A stretch of DNA of 64,000 nucleotides from assembly GCA_035913795.1 (NCBI GenBank), contig JAMIIA010000094.1, positions 20,684-84,683 of the forward strand. Direction: 5' to 3'. The notes below the pieces were generated by a model that was given only the letters and a program-made list of their open reading frames with translations, had not been told where the DNA came from and did not search any database. The stretch's first letter is position 1. Each line of letters begins with the position of its first letter. The stretch is from Bacteroidales bacterium. Its GTDB lineage: Bacteria; Bacteroidota; Bacteroidia; Bacteroidales; UBA10428. Of the stretch, positions 1-10,701 are shown piece after piece. The position numbers and the translations under genes are program-made.

Positions 1-167
1 ACATCAGGCAGAAGGGTTCCTTTCAGGTACAATAGAGGAAGTAACCGGTGCCCCGTATCTACAATATTGGCAATAGAATGTGCGGGAGTATTCTCGATAA
101 ATTTGCAGAATTCGTTGGCAACCGTAACAAATTCGAGGGTATTTTTTGAATAAACCAGACTGTTCAA
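1..167 (-). CDS. Partial CDS (first ~55 codons, runs off the window start); hypothetical protein whose N-terminus resembles DUF5063-family proteins as I remember them
   Basis: Absent from the ORF track because it is open at the window edge. My own minus-strand translation from TTG at 167 gives MNSLVYSKNTLEFVTVANEFCKFIENTPAHSIANIVDTGHRLLPLLYLKGTLLPD with no stop before position 1. It lies 32 nt downstream of the recQ stop on the same strand. No in-frame ATG is available, so the start is uncertain. Confidence 0.4.
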   Translation of the reverse strand, partial: MNSLVYSKNTLEFVTVANEFCKFIENTPAHSIANIVDTGHRLLPLLYLKGTLLPD

Positions 168-199
168 ATCCTTTATTTTTTTTGTAAAGTTATAAGGAT

Positions 200-2125
200 T
201 TATGCAGAAGCTTCATTGCTGCTCTTAAAAATAGATATTTTACCTGCTTCATCGTATCTCAGCTGTTCGTCTTCAAGCATAAGCCGCAAAACCACCGATA
301 AGTTGGTACGATCTTCCGTAACCCGGCAATAAAGCTCATCGGGCAAGAGGGCACCCGTTTGCAATACATTTAAAACTTTTTGGGCAATGGCTTCTTTTAC
401 CTCAGGGCTCAATACACGGTTTTTGTTTCGGCAATAGTCGCACTGACCGCATTCTTCTGTAACGCTCTGCCCGAAATAATCAAACAGCAGGTTGTTTCGA
501 CAAACATCGAGGGTATAAGCATATTGCAGCATGGCCGAGAGCCTCTTTTCGTAGCGATCTTTGCGGAGTAAATAGTTTTCGGCTGAAATAAAAACAGATT
601 TTTCGGGCAGGCGTTCCTCCAGAAAAACAATTAATGCTGTTCGCTTGCCTGGTATGTAATGAATGATATTCATTTTCGACAAACGCACAAAATATTCATA
701 CACCATCTGACGAGTTAGTCCGGCTCTTTTGGCAAGCAGCTCTTCGTTCACAGGAATATAATCGGAAAAAAGCCCAGTATAGGAGCGCAACACTAGTTTT
801 ATAAAGGCATCGAATTGAGAATTCTTCACCTGGAAATTATACAAATCATCGCGGTGAATGGAAAAATAAATCCGCGAAGAATTCTGCATTTCTCCTGTAA
901 GTTCAATATAGCCCTGCTGCTCGAGCAGCTTCAATGCATTGAATGCCTGTATCGGATTAAACTTGTAAGCGGTTACAAAGCTATGCAAATCGAAATCGAA
1001 GGCTATACCTTTTGCCCCGCCAATGGGAATCTTAAGGTAATTGCACAAGGCCTGGTATACATTCTTGATAAAGGTAATTTCCGGAAAAGCATCGCTCAGG
1101 CGTTTTTTCACCTGAGCCTTGTCATTGGTTCCTGCTAAAAGTACAGCAAACGATTTTTTACCATCGCGCCCTGCCCTTCCTGCTTCCTGGTAATATTCTT
1201 CGGGCGAATCGGGCAGGTCGACATGCACTACAAAGCGCACATTTGGTTTATCGATTCCCATGCCAAAGGCATTTGTAGCCACTATCACACGACTGGCATC
1301 TTGCATCCAGTTTTGTTGTTTAGCAAGCCTGGTTTCGTATTTTAAGCCCGCATGAAAGTAGTCCGACACAATTCCTTCGCGACGCAAGTGATCTGCAATT
1401 TCCTTTGCTTTTTTTCTGCTTCGGACATAGACAATGCCCGAACCCTGAATAGAATTCACCACACTCACCAAGTCGGCGAGCTTGCTTTCTGTCTGACGCA
1501 CATAGTATACCAGGTTCGGTCGCGAAAAGTCAGACTCTATTACATTTTTCTCCCTAAACCTGAGCTTTAGCTGAATATCTTCCACCACTTCGGGCGTAGC
1601 GCTGGCGGTAAGTGCCAATACAGGAACCTGCCCGGTGTATTCGCGAATGCCAGCAATGGTAAGGTATGAGGGTCTGAAATCATAACCCCATTGCGAAATA
1701 CAATGCGCCTCGTCGACTGCAATAAAACTCACCTTCATGTGCTGTAACCTCGAGCGAAAACCTTCGTTTGCAAGACGCTCGGGCGAAAGGTAAAGTATTT
1801 TATAAGCCCCATACATGGCATTATCGGTTGTCACCTTCATTTCGTGCGAAGAAAGACCTGAATGAATGGCCGCGGCTTTAATTTGAAGATTTCGAAGGCG
1901 GGTAACCTGGTCGTTCATCAGGGCAATTAAAGGTGTTATAACCAAGCAGGTGCCTTCGTACACCAAAGCCGGAACCTGAAAAGTAATGGACTTTCCCCCG
2001 CCGGTAGGCATAAGTACGAGCGTATCTTTGCCAGCCGCTATTGACTCGATTACAGTGCGCTGCAAAGGTCTGAAATCGCTATACCCCCAGTATTGTTGCA
2101 AGATGTCGGTGTACTGGTCTTTCAT
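200..2125 (-). CDS. recQ: ATP-dependent DNA helicase RecQ
   Basis: 641 aa. Motifs seen: PTGGGKS Walker A, VDEAHCISQWGYDFRPSY (DEAH box), ATNAFGMGIDKPNVRFVVH, and the Cys cluster CGQCDYC of the RecQ Zn-binding region. A C-terminal extension follows. Confidence 0.92.
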   Translation of the reverse strand: MKDQYTDILQQYWGYSDFRPLQRTVIESIAAGKDTLVLMPTGGGKSITFQVPALVYEGTCLVITPLIALMNDQVTRLRNLQIKAAAIHSGLSSHEMKVTTDNAMYGAYKILYLSPERLANEGFRSRLQHMKVSFIAVDEAHCISQWGYDFRPSYLTIAGIREYTGQVPVLALTASATPEVVEDIQLKLRFREKNVIESDFSRPNLVYYVRQTESKLADLVSVVNSIQGSGIVYVRSRKKAKEIADHLRREGIVSDYFHAGLKYETRLAKQQNWMQDASRVIVATNAFGMGIDKPNVRFVVHVDLPDSPEEYYQEAGRAGRDGKKSFAVLLAGTNDKAQVKKRLSDAFPEITFIKNVYQALCNYLKIPIGGAKGIAFDFDLHSFVTAYKFNPIQAFNALKLLEQQGYIELTGEMQNSSRIYFSIHRDDLYNFQVKNSQFDAFIKLVLRSYTGLFSDYIPVNEELLAKRAGLTRQMVYEYFVRLSKMNIIHYIPGKRTALIVFLEERLPEKSVFISAENYLLRKDRYEKRLSAMLQYAYTLDVCRNNLLFDYFGQSVTEECGQCDYCRNKNRVLSPEVKEAIAQKVLNVLQTGALLPDELYCRVTEDRTNLSVVLRLMLEDEQLRYDEAGKISIFKSSNEASA

Positions 2126-2362
2126 TCCTTCTGCTACCTGTTAAAAAGTTTAAAAACGTACATTGTTGCGGGGAAAGTATCTTTCTTTTTTGTATTTTCG
2201 CACCATTTAACCCGAAAAACAGGCAATCTGAAAGTTTATACTCTACCACAGAATGCAGGGTTAAGCCGGCAATTGAATAGCCGAAAAAAAAACGAAAAAT
2301 GCACTGTTTGTCAAAGCATTTTTTAATGAGCTGAAAATAACAAATAAAAAACAAATACTGCC

Positions 2363-3832
2363 ATGTCATTTATTTCCGAAAAAATTATCTCCGAAGGCTT
2401 AACATTCGACGATGTGTTGCTTGTTCCGGCCTTTTCAGAGGTAGTTCCACGCAATGTAGAATTGGTTACAAATTTCAGCCGCAACATACAATTGAATGCG
2501 CCCATTGTTTCGGCTGCCATGGATACTGTAACCGAATGGAAAATGGCCATTGCAGTAGCCCGCGAAGGTGGTATTGGTGTTATTCATAAAAATATGCCTA
2601 TCGAGGAACAAGCCAAGCAGGTAAAACAAGTAAAAAGGGCTGAAAACGGAATGATCTGCGACCCGGTTACTATTTATAAAGACCAAAAGGTGTCAGATGC
2701 CTTATTGCTGATGAAAGAATTCAAGATCGGCGGTATCCCGGTAATCGACAAGGAGCAGAAGCTTATTGGAATTGTTACCAACCGCGATTTAAGGTTCGAA
2801 CTGAACCATTCCAGGCCCATTTCGGAAATAATGACCAAAAAAAACATTGTCACTGCAAGACCGGATACCAACCTCGAACAAGCTGCATCCATTTTGCAAC
2901 AGCATAAAATCGAAAAATTACCTGTGGTGGACGATACCAATCTGCTTGTGGGCCTTATTACTTATAAAGACATAACCAAAGCCAAAGACCGGCCTAACGC
3001 CTGTAAGGATAAAAAAGGACAACTTCGTGTAGCAGCAGCCATTGGCACCACCAACGATACACTGATCCGTGCCGAAGCCCTCGTGAAAGCTGGTGTTGAT
3101 GCCCTTATCATCGATACCGCCCACGGACATTCATCGGGAGTCATCGAAGTTTTAAAAGAAGTAAAAGCAAAATTTCCGGGCATTGAGGTAATCGTTGGCA
3201 ATATAGCCACTGCCGAAGCAGCCCTGGCCCTTGTAAAAGCTGGTGCCGACGGAGTAAAAGTAGGCATAGGTCCCGGATCAATCTGCACCACCCGCATAAT
3301 TGCCGGAGTAGGTGTTCCACAACTCTCGGCTATCTTCGATGTAGCCAATGCCTTAAAAGGAACCGGAGTGCCGGTTATAGCCGATGGCGGGATACGTTAC
3401 TCGGGCGACATAGTGAAAGCCATTGCTGCCGGTGCAAGTTGCATAATGGCGGGTTCACTGTTTGCCGGAGTAGAAGAATCGCCCGGTGAAACCATCATTT
3501 ACAATGGCAGAAAATACAAATCGTACCGCGGAATGGGGTCTGTTGAAGCCATGCAGCAGGGTTCTGGCGACAGGTATTTTCAAGATCCCGAAGCAGAGGT
3601 AACCAAACTGGTACCTGAGGGTATTGTAGCCCGCGTACCTTATAAAGGAACCCTTACTGAAGTTATCTTCCAAATGCTTGGTGGCCTGAGAGCCGGTATG
3701 GGCTATTGTGGTGCAAAAAACATAGAGAAACTGCACGACGCCAGGTTTGTACGCATCACCAACTCAGGAATCGCCGAAAGCCATCCGCACGACGTGGATA
3801 TAACACGCGAGGCGCCCAACTACAGCAGGTAA
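2363..3832 (+). CDS. guaB: IMP dehydrogenase
   Basis: 489 aa. N-terminus [10 protein letters not shown], inserted CBS pair, catalytic loop [11 protein letters not shown], and GGIRYSGD. Confidence 0.95.
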   Translation: MSFISEKIISEGLTFDDVLLVPAFSEVVPRNVELVTNFSRNIQLNAPIVSAAMDTVTEWKMAIAVAREGGIGVIHKNMPIEEQAKQVKQVKRAENGMICDPVTIYKDQKVSDALLLMKEFKIGGIPVIDKEQKLIGIVTNRDLRFELNHSRPISEIMTKKNIVTARPDTNLEQAASILQQHKIEKLPVVDDTNLLVGLITYKDITKAKDRPNACKDKKGQLRVAAAIGTTNDTLIRAEALVKAGVDALIIDTAHGHSSGVIEVLKEVKAKFPGIEVIVGNIATAEAALALVKAGADGVKVGIGPGSICTTRIIAGVGVPQLSAIFDVANALKGTGVPVIADGGIRYSGDIVKAIAAGASCIMAGSLFAGVEESPGETIIYNGRKYKSYRGMGSVEAMQQGSGDRYFQDPEAEVTKLVPEGIVARVPYKGTLTEVIFQMLGGLRAGMGYCGAKNIEKLHDARFVRITNSGIAESHPHDVDITREAPNYSR

Positions 3833-3960
3833 TAAACTAGTGTTACTGCACGTTATTTCAAGGCAGCAAGTTTATACCTTGTCGGCAGTTTTAAAAATTA
3901 TTCAGATAGAAACCTTTCAAACAAAAAAAACAACATCAAATAACCAACACCCAACTCAAA

Positions 3961-5934
3961 ATGAGAATAATTGTTTTAATAACCTTCGCATTTACTTTTT
4001 TTGCACCGCTATTTCTAAAAGCCCAGACCGACACCCTTCTTAGTATTTCAGAAAAAGTATTTTCGTCGGATGAATTTTTGAGGGTTTACAACAAAAATAT
4101 CGACATTACACCCGAAGCGGACAAAAAAAACTTTGACGAATACCTCGAACTTTTTATAAACTATAAACTCAAGGTGATCGAGGCACATACCAAAGGATAC
4201 GATACAATGCCAAGTTTTATAAGTGAGTTTAATGGCTACCGACAACAACTTGCCCAACCATATCTCGAAAATAAAACCTACCAGGAAAAATTAATTCAGG
4301 AAGCTTTTGAACGTTCGCTCATTGAAATTGATGCATCGCATATTTTGATTAAGTGCGATGAATTTGCTTCTCCAAAAGACACCCTGAAAGCCTATGATAA
4401 GATTGCCTCAATAAGAGCAAGAGTGTTGGGTGGAGAGCCTTTCGAACAAATTGCTACTGCTGTATCCGACGATCCCTCGGCGGCCGAAAACAAAGGTCAT
4501 CTCGGATATTTCACTGTATTCCGCATGGTTTATCCTTTCGAAACTGCGGCCTACAGAACCCCGGCAGGACAAGTATCAGCCATTACACGTACAAGCTTCG
4601 GATACCATCTTATTAAGGTTCACAACCGGCGTAACAGCCGGGGAAGCGTAAAAGTAGCCCACATCATGACCCGTATACCCGATGGTGCTTCTGAACCGGA
4701 AAAGATGGCTTCGAAAGAAAAAATTGAACGTGCCTACCAGGATTTGCAAAATGGAAAACCATGGAATGAGGCCGTAAAGGAATACTCCGAAAACCCCCGC
4801 TCGGTTGATCGCGATGGTGAAATAGGCTGGTTGCGTACAGGCCAGGCCCCTGACGAATTTCTCGATCCATGCTTCAAACTAAACAATGGAGAATACACCC
4901 AGCCCATCGAAACCAAAGGGGGATATCACATTGGTTATGTGCTTGCCAAATACCCGCTGGAAACTTTTGAAGAAGCCGAAGAAAGAATAACAAAACAAGT
5001 AGAACGCGACAACATTCGAAAGGCTACCTTAAAACATCAACAATATTCGGAGCTTAAAAATCAATATCCTTTAACAATTTACCCTGAAAATACGGCAGAG
5101 ATATTAAACCTGATGGATAGCTCATTTTACAGGAAAAATTGGGATGCCACCAAAGCATCAAATTTAAATAAAGAAATTCTCCAGATTGGCGATAGCAGCT
5201 ATTTGCAATACGATTTTGCCCTTTTTCTTGGAGGCCGCAAAGCGCGAGTCAACAAAAACCAATCGTTTGAAACAAACCTTCAGGTTAATTTAGAGGAATA
5301 TGCCGATGCGAAATTATACGATTATGCCATGGCCAAACTTCCTGAAATAAATAGTGAATACAAAAACCTGCTTCAAGAGTATTACGATGGAATTCTGCTT
5401 TTTAATATCACCAACGACCAGGTATGGAGCCGTGCTCAATCGGATACTAGCGGGTTGGAAGCTTTTTACCAGCAAGCCAATAAGTACAAATGGAATGAGC
5501 GCATTGGTGTAAATATCTACACCTACACCGACAGCAATTTCACAGCAAGTTTACCGGCATTACTAAAGAAACAACAAAAGAAAGGCAATCTGGGGATCGA
5601 CTACCTTCAAACGAACCTGTGTGGCTCCGACACGATTTCTTGCATCACCCTCGAAAAAAAGATTTATGAGAAAGGGATCGATGCAATGGCCGACAAGCTA
5701 ACCTGGAAAAAAGGCACTTATTTAGTAGAAAACGATCAGGCAATACACTACTTCTTTTATGTTTCGGAAATATGGCCTGTGGAAGACAAAAAGCTAAACG
5801 AGGCACGGGGGCTGTATATCTCTGACTACCAGAATTACCTCGAGAATGAATGGATGAAAGAGCTGCGGGGCAAATACCAAATCGAAATAAACACAGCCTT
5901 GTTCGAACTACTTAAAGCAGAAGCTAATAAATAG
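3961..5934 (+). CDS. Secreted peptidyl-prolyl cis-trans isomerase, PpiC/parvulin type (SurA/PpiD-like chaperone)
   Basis: 657 aa with a signal peptide ending FLKAQ. Parvulin-like segments ASHILIK...GHLGYF...GYHLIKV and VAHIMTR...GEIGW...GGYHIGYV. Confidence 0.8.
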   Translation: MRIIVLITFAFTFFAPLFLKAQTDTLLSISEKVFSSDEFLRVYNKNIDITPEADKKNFDEYLELFINYKLKVIEAHTKGYDTMPSFISEFNGYRQQLAQPYLENKTYQEKLIQEAFERSLIEIDASHILIKCDEFASPKDTLKAYDKIASIRARVLGGEPFEQIATAVSDDPSAAENKGHLGYFTVFRMVYPFETAAYRTPAGQVSAITRTSFGYHLIKVHNRRNSRGSVKVAHIMTRIPDGASEPEKMASKEKIERAYQDLQNGKPWNEAVKEYSENPRSVDRDGEIGWLRTGQAPDEFLDPCFKLNNGEYTQPIETKGGYHIGYVLAKYPLETFEEAEERITKQVERDNIRKATLKHQQYSELKNQYPLTIYPENTAEILNLMDSSFYRKNWDATKASNLNKEILQIGDSSYLQYDFALFLGGRKARVNKNQSFETNLQVNLEEYADAKLYDYAMAKLPEINSEYKNLLQEYYDGILLFNITNDQVWSRAQSDTSGLEAFYQQANKYKWNERIGVNIYTYTDSNFTASLPALLKKQQKKGNLGIDYLQTNLCGSDTISCITLEKKIYEKGIDAMADKLTWKKGTYLVENDQAIHYFFYVSEIWPVEDKKLNEARGLYISDYQNYLENEWMKELRGKYQIEINTALFELLKAEANK

Positions 5935-5938
5935 ACCT

Positions 5939-6793
5939 ATGAAGAGACTACTATACTTGCTCATATTTGTTTTAACCCTTTTCGGTTGTTCACGCAAATC
6001 GGCCAATGATAATGAGGTTCCGGTAGCCAGAGTCTATGATCAATACCTTTATGTTTCTGATTTGGAATCATTGATGCCCTCAGATCTGGAAGTGGCAGAC
6101 AGTATCTCACTGTCTAAAAACATTGTTGAACAATGGGTTAAAAAACAACTGATTCTGGCGCAAGCCAACAGCAAACTGTCCGAGGCCGATAAAAATGTCG
6201 AAAAGCAACTAGACGATTACCTTACCTCACTACTAATTTTTCGCTACGAGCAAAAACTCATTCAGCAGAAGCTAGATACCAACATCACCCAATCGGCCAT
6301 AGAAGCTTACTATAAAGAAAATGCCCCGAACAACATATTAAACGAGAACCTGGCCAAAGGCATATACCTCAAAATACCTGTTACTGCACCCGAAATAAGG
6401 AATGTGCGGCAATGGTATCGCTCCGACGACCCGGAACATATAAAAAAACTCGAGGCTTACTGCTACCAGTATGCCACAGAAGTAGAATATTTCGAAGATC
6501 AATGGGTAAAGTTCGACTCTTATCTGAATAAACTACCACCACTGTATAACAAGCCAAAAAGCATACTGCAGACACAGAAGAACATCGAAGTTTCGGATAC
6601 CAGTTATTTCTACTTTTTGCGAATTGTCGATTACCGTTTAGAGGGTACAGTAGCCCCACTGGAGTATGTGCAGGAAAACATAAAAAATATTTTGTTGAAC
6701 AAACGGAAAATACAGTTTATACAACAGCTCGAAGCAGACATCTACAACGATGCCCTGAACAAGGGCAATTTCAATATATATCAAAATGAATAA
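5939..6793 (+). CDS. Hypothetical lipoprotein in the SurA/PpiC chaperone operon
   Basis: 284 aa with a lipobox-like LTLFGCS. It starts 4 nt after the upstream PPIase and overlaps the downstream surA-like start by 8 nt. I recognised no catalytic motif. Confidence 0.6.
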   Translation: MKRLLYLLIFVLTLFGCSRKSANDNEVPVARVYDQYLYVSDLESLMPSDLEVADSISLSKNIVEQWVKKQLILAQANSKLSEADKNVEKQLDDYLTSLLIFRYEQKLIQQKLDTNITQSAIEAYYKENAPNNILNENLAKGIYLKIPVTAPEIRNVRQWYRSDDPEHIKKLEAYCYQYATEVEYFEDQWVKFDSYLNKLPPLYNKPKSILQTQKNIEVSDTSYFYFLRIVDYRLEGTVAPLEYVQENIKNILLNKRKIQFIQQLEADIYNDALNKGNFNIYQNE

Positions 6794-8114
6794 AATAAAA
6801 TTCACACTTTCTTTAATTGCTCTTGTCTTTGGGGTACAACTCTCGGCACAGCCTTATATTGTCGATAAAGTTGTAGGTGTAGTGGGTAAATCGGCTATTC
6901 TCTATTCCGATGTAGAAGAACAATATCTTCAATTAATGGCCCAGCGCGAAAAGCCTGAGAAGTGTATGATCTTCGAAGATTTACTTGCCCAAAAGTTGAT
7001 GGTGAACCAGGCAGAAAAAGATAGCGTGGAAGTATCGTTTGCCGAAGTTGAAATGGAACTTGAACAGCGAATCAGCTATTTTATTCAACAAATAGGTTCA
7101 GAAGATAAACTGGTTGCTTATTTTGGCAAGTCGATACTTGAAATAAAAGACGACATGCGCGAGCCCATTCGCGAACAATTATTGATGCAGCGGATGCAAT
7201 CGGAAATAGTAAAAGATATTTCCATCACTCCAAACGAGGTGAAAACCTTTTACAACAAGCTTAATAAAGACAGTTTACCCTATATCGATTCTCAGGTAGA
7301 ATTGAGCCAGATATTGATTTATCCCGAATCGGATCAGGAAGCAGTATTTGCTGTGCGCGAAAAGCTGCTTGGCCTAAGAGAAAGAATTTTAAATGGCGAA
7401 AGCTTTGCCACCATGGCAGTACTTTATTCCGATTGCCCTTCGGCCCCAAATGGCGGCGACATTGGCTGGGCCAATAAGGCCGACCTCGACCCTGCCTATG
7501 CCAAAGCAGCCATGGCATTAAAAAAAGACCAGGTGTCGAAAATTGTAGAAAGTAGCTTTGGTTACCACATCATTCAGTTGATGGACAAAACCGACGACCG
7601 TGTCAGAACCAGGCATATACTCATGAAGCCTAAAGTCTCTCCAATGGCCAAACAAAAAGCCATCAGTCAACTCGATAGTATTGCCAGACTAATAAGGCAG
7701 GATAGCCTGAAATTTGAAATTGCCGCCCGACTATTTTCACAAGATGACGATACAAGAGTAGGTGGAGGATTGAAAGTAAATCCGGCAACTTTAAGTACTC
7801 AGTTTTTGGTAACAGACTTTGAAACTTCGGAGTACTATGTAATCAGAAACCTTCAGGTTGGCGAAATATCTAAACCCTACGAAGCTACTGATGAGAAAGG
7901 AAGAACAGTGTATAAAATCGTTAAATTAAAATCGCGTACCGAACCGCATGTAGCCAACTTAAAGCTAGACTACGATCTGTTGCAGAACATGGCTTTGCAG
8001 GAAAAACAGATAAATAGCGTGGATGAATGGATAAAAATAAAAGCGAAAGATATTTATATCCGCCTCGAGCCGCCCTATAGTAACTGCCAGTTCAGACTAG
8101 ATGTTTGGAAATAA
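6786..8114 (+). CDS. surA: SurA-like periplasmic chaperone / peptidyl-prolyl isomerase
   Basis: 442 aa with a signal peptide. SurA-N-like VDKVVGVVGKSAILYSDVEEQ. Two parvulin-like segments: SQILIY...GGDIGW and TRHILMK...GYHIIQL order. Confidence 0.75.
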   Translation: MNKIKFTLSLIALVFGVQLSAQPYIVDKVVGVVGKSAILYSDVEEQYLQLMAQREKPEKCMIFEDLLAQKLMVNQAEKDSVEVSFAEVEMELEQRISYFIQQIGSEDKLVAYFGKSILEIKDDMREPIREQLLMQRMQSEIVKDISITPNEVKTFYNKLNKDSLPYIDSQVELSQILIYPESDQEAVFAVREKLLGLRERILNGESFATMAVLYSDCPSAPNGGDIGWANKADLDPAYAKAAMALKKDQVSKIVESSFGYHIIQLMDKTDDRVRTRHILMKPKVSPMAKQKAISQLDSIARLIRQDSLKFEIAARLFSQDDDTRVGGGLKVNPATLSTQFLVTDFETSEYYVIRNLQVGEISKPYEATDEKGRTVYKIVKLKSRTEPHVANLKLDYDLLQNMALQEKQINSVDEWIKIKAKDIYIRLEPPYSNCQFRLDVWK

Positions 8115-8128
8115 GTGAACGAGAAAGC

Positions 8129-9649
8129 ATGTACAAATTCCTAAATATCGTCCTTCTCCTTATTCTGTGCTGCTTCCCTGCTTTGCTAAAAGCGCAAAAA
8201 AAAGAAGCCCGCATTCAATACCGGGCCGATGTGGTTGAGGTGGATAAAAACATTGGAAAAGGAGCGCAAAGGCTGCTCAACAATGTAGAATTCATCCATG
8301 CCGGAGCAAAAATGTATTGCGATAGCGCCTATTTTTACTCCAAGCAAAACACTTTCGATGCCTTCCACAACATATTTATTAATCAGGGCGATACCGTTTT
8401 ACTCTATGGCGATTTTATGCATTACGATGGAAACACAAAAAAAGCCACCATTACCGGCCGCGAGGTAAAACTGATCAATAAAAAAACAACTCTTCTAACC
8501 GAAAAGCTAGAGTATGAGCTAAATACCGGGGTTTCCTATTACAAGGATCATGGGTATACCGTAAGTGAAGAGAATACCCTTGAGAGCATTGAAGGCTATT
8601 ATAACACCCGAAATAAAACATTTATATTTTACGATAGTGTAGTGATTGTAAATCCCGATTACACCCTCTATTCCGATACGGTAGAGTACAATACCGAAAC
8701 AGGGGTTGCCAGTTTTCAGGGTCCAACCACTATTATTGGCGACAGCAGCCATGTTTATGCCGAAAAGGGTTGGTACGATTCGAAACTTAACTTAACCGAA
8801 TTGAGAGAAAATGCCTGGGCACGTAACAAACGACAAACCATTTATGGCGATTACATTTATTACGATCAAATAACAGGCGATGGTATTGCGAAAAAGAATG
8901 TAAAAATTGTGGAAGAGGAAAAAAGCATTCTTTTACTTGGAAACAATGCCCGATACAATGAGAATACCGGCTATGCCTTTATAACCGACAGGGCTGAATT
9001 TGTACAGTTTACCAGCGAGGGCGATTCTCTGTTTTTACATGCCGACACACTACTCTCTTACCCCGATACCAACGACAGTAGGATTATTTTTGCCTATTAT
9101 AAAGTAAAATTCTACCGCGAAAATGTGCAGGGAAAATGCGACTCGCTCGTCTATACCTTTTCCGACTCCACCATCAGATTGTATTACCTTCCAGTTCTTT
9201 GGACAGGAAAGAACCAGGTGTCGGCCGATAGAATTGAGATAGTAACCAAAAATCAGAAAATAGATAAAATGTACCTCTATCAATCGTCGTTTATCTCAAG
9301 CCAGGAAGACTCCCTATACTTTAACCAGATTAAAGGAAAAAACATGGTGTGTCATTTTAACGAAAACCAGCTGGAGGTAGTAGATGTGATTGGAAATGGT
9401 CAGACAGTGTATTTTCCGAAAGACGAAGACGAGATTGTCGGAGTTAACCTGAGTGAATGCTCCAACATTAAGATATTGCTTACCGATGGAGAAGTATCGC
9501 GCATCAATTTTTATGTAAAACCCACCGGAGGAATGTATCCCCTTGAACAAGCCCCCGAAAACAAACTAAAACTAAAAGGATTTAATTGGCTATACGATCA
9601 AAGACCCGAGTCGCGGAACGACATTTTTAAAACCTCTATTGAGAGGTAA
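8129..9649 (+). CDS. OstA-like (LptA/OstA_N repeat) envelope protein
   Basis: The track ORF starts at TTG 8105. ATG at 8129 gives MYKFLNIVLLLILCCFPALLKAQ, a clean signal peptide. The body is repeated beta-rich units of the type ...AD.v.yd...g.a.l.gNV.i... typical of OstA_N folds. No beta-barrel-sized C-terminus. Confidence 0.65.
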   Translation: MYKFLNIVLLLILCCFPALLKAQKKEARIQYRADVVEVDKNIGKGAQRLLNNVEFIHAGAKMYCDSAYFYSKQNTFDAFHNIFINQGDTVLLYGDFMHYDGNTKKATITGREVKLINKKTTLLTEKLEYELNTGVSYYKDHGYTVSEENTLESIEGYYNTRNKTFIFYDSVVIVNPDYTLYSDTVEYNTETGVASFQGPTTIIGDSSHVYAEKGWYDSKLNLTELRENAWARNKRQTIYGDYIYYDQITGDGIAKKNVKIVEEEKSILLLGNNARYNENTGYAFITDRAEFVQFTSEGDSLFLHADTLLSYPDTNDSRIIFAYYKVKFYRENVQGKCDSLVYTFSDSTIRLYYLPVLWTGKNQVSADRIEIVTKNQKIDKMYLYQSSFISSQEDSLYFNQIKGKNMVCHFNENQLEVVDVIGNGQTVYFPKDEDEIVGVNLSECSNIKILLTDGEVSRINFYVKPTGGMYPLEQAPENKLKLKGFNWLYDQRPESRNDIFKTSIER

Positions 9650-9680
9650 AAAAAAACGGGCAATTGCTGCCCGTTTCTAT
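9650..9680. terminator. Bidirectional intrinsic terminator between the OstA-like gene and the DUF2795 gene
   Basis: A7 tract, stem CGGGCA (9657-9662) / TGCCCG (9668-9673) with a 5-nt loop, then TTTCTATT. Read on the minus strand, the stem is followed by T7. Confidence 0.75.
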
Positions 9681-9681
9681 T

Positions 9682-9903
9682 CTAATATTCGTCTTCGTTA
9701 AAGAAGAAGTCATCTTTGCTCGGATAATCCGGCCATATATCTTCAATGCTTTCGTAAATTTCACCTTCATCTTCAATCTCCTGGAGGTTCTCAATTACTT
9801 CAAGCGGGGCACCAGATCGAATAGCAAAATCAATCAATTCATCTTTGCTGGCTGGCCAAGGTGCATCCTCTAATTTTGACGCTAATTCAAGAGTCCAATA
9901 CAT
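9682..9903 (-). CDS. DUF2795-like small acidic protein
   Basis: 73 aa. WPASKDELIDFAIRSGAPLEVIENL matches the YPAsK.eLi..A...GA...v...l pattern I associate with DUF2795. Acidic C-terminal tail. Confidence 0.6.
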   Translation of the reverse strand: MYWTLELASKLEDAPWPASKDELIDFAIRSGAPLEVIENLQEIEDEGEIYESIEDIWPDYPSKDDFFFNEDEY

Positions 9904-9951
9904 AATTTATGAGATTTTAAGGTATTCTTTAAAAAGTTGCAAATATAAAAA

Positions 9952-10512
9952 TTAATATCTGTTATCCAACTTTGGTATCCATTTTATCTCTTCCACTGAA
10001 AAATACATTCCCAACCAGCGCGAAAGTACAAACAAATAATCCGATAACCGGTTGAAATACACAACAATTGATTCGGGTATAGACTCTTGCTCCATTACAT
10101 CGCAAATACGACGTTCGGTTCGGCGGCAAACAGTTCTGCACACGTGACATAAAGAAACCGCAGGATGTCCGCCTGGCAATATGAAGGAGTTTAATGGAGG
10201 CAAATCTTTCTCGAGCTTGTCTATCTCATTTTCGAGTTTTTGAATACTTTTTTGGCTTAGCAAAGGTAATTTTTCCAACAAATCATCGCTTCCTGCTGCC
10301 AGCACTGCCGAGGCTACCATCAGTTGGTCGAGAATAACCAGAATAAATTCGGCAGTTTCCTGATGCTGCACCTGGTCTCGTAAAAATGCCAGTTGGGCAA
10401 TCAATTCATCGGCGGTACCATATGCCTCAATGCGCACATGGTTTTTTTCAACCCTTCTTCCCCCTACAAGGGCAGTGGTACCTTTATCTCCTGTTTTAGT
10501 ATAAATCTTCAT
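9952..10512 (-). CDS. pduO: ATP:cob(I)alamin adenosyltransferase, PduO type
   Basis: 186 aa. The N-terminus MKIYTKTGDKGTTALVGG is the hallmark of PduO-type adenosyltransferases. Confidence 0.85.
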   Translation of the reverse strand: MKIYTKTGDKGTTALVGGRRVEKNHVRIEAYGTADELIAQLAFLRDQVQHQETAEFILVILDQLMVASAVLAAGSDDLLEKLPLLSQKSIQKLENEIDKLEKDLPPLNSFILPGGHPAVSLCHVCRTVCRRTERRICDVMEQESIPESIVVYFNRLSDYLFVLSRWLGMYFSVEEIKWIPKLDNRY

Positions 10513-10701
10513 GGTAACAACAAATGTTTGTTAAAAAGCCTGCTGAATTTGCAAATAGTTAGTAATTGTTAATTGATACGCATCTCTTATTCAATATAAA
10601 AAGAAACCTTTGCATGCTAAAAATGTTTGATTCTGCTTAAAAAAAATAGTCAAAACACTTTTTGCACTAACGTAATATTTTCAACTTTGACAAAAAACAG
10701 C

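Noticed and set aside
2126-2362. Riboswitches or leaders upstream of guaB, and likewise upstream of purA (29644-29849), glyA (20485-20622), pduO (10513-10626) and the DAHP synthase (46947-47149).
   Set aside because: I could not find the conserved cores of purine, ZTP, THF or cobalamin (B12 box) riboswitches. There is also no aromatic-rich leader peptide with an attenuator upstream of the DAHP synthase gene. Only a covariance-model scan could exclude them fully.
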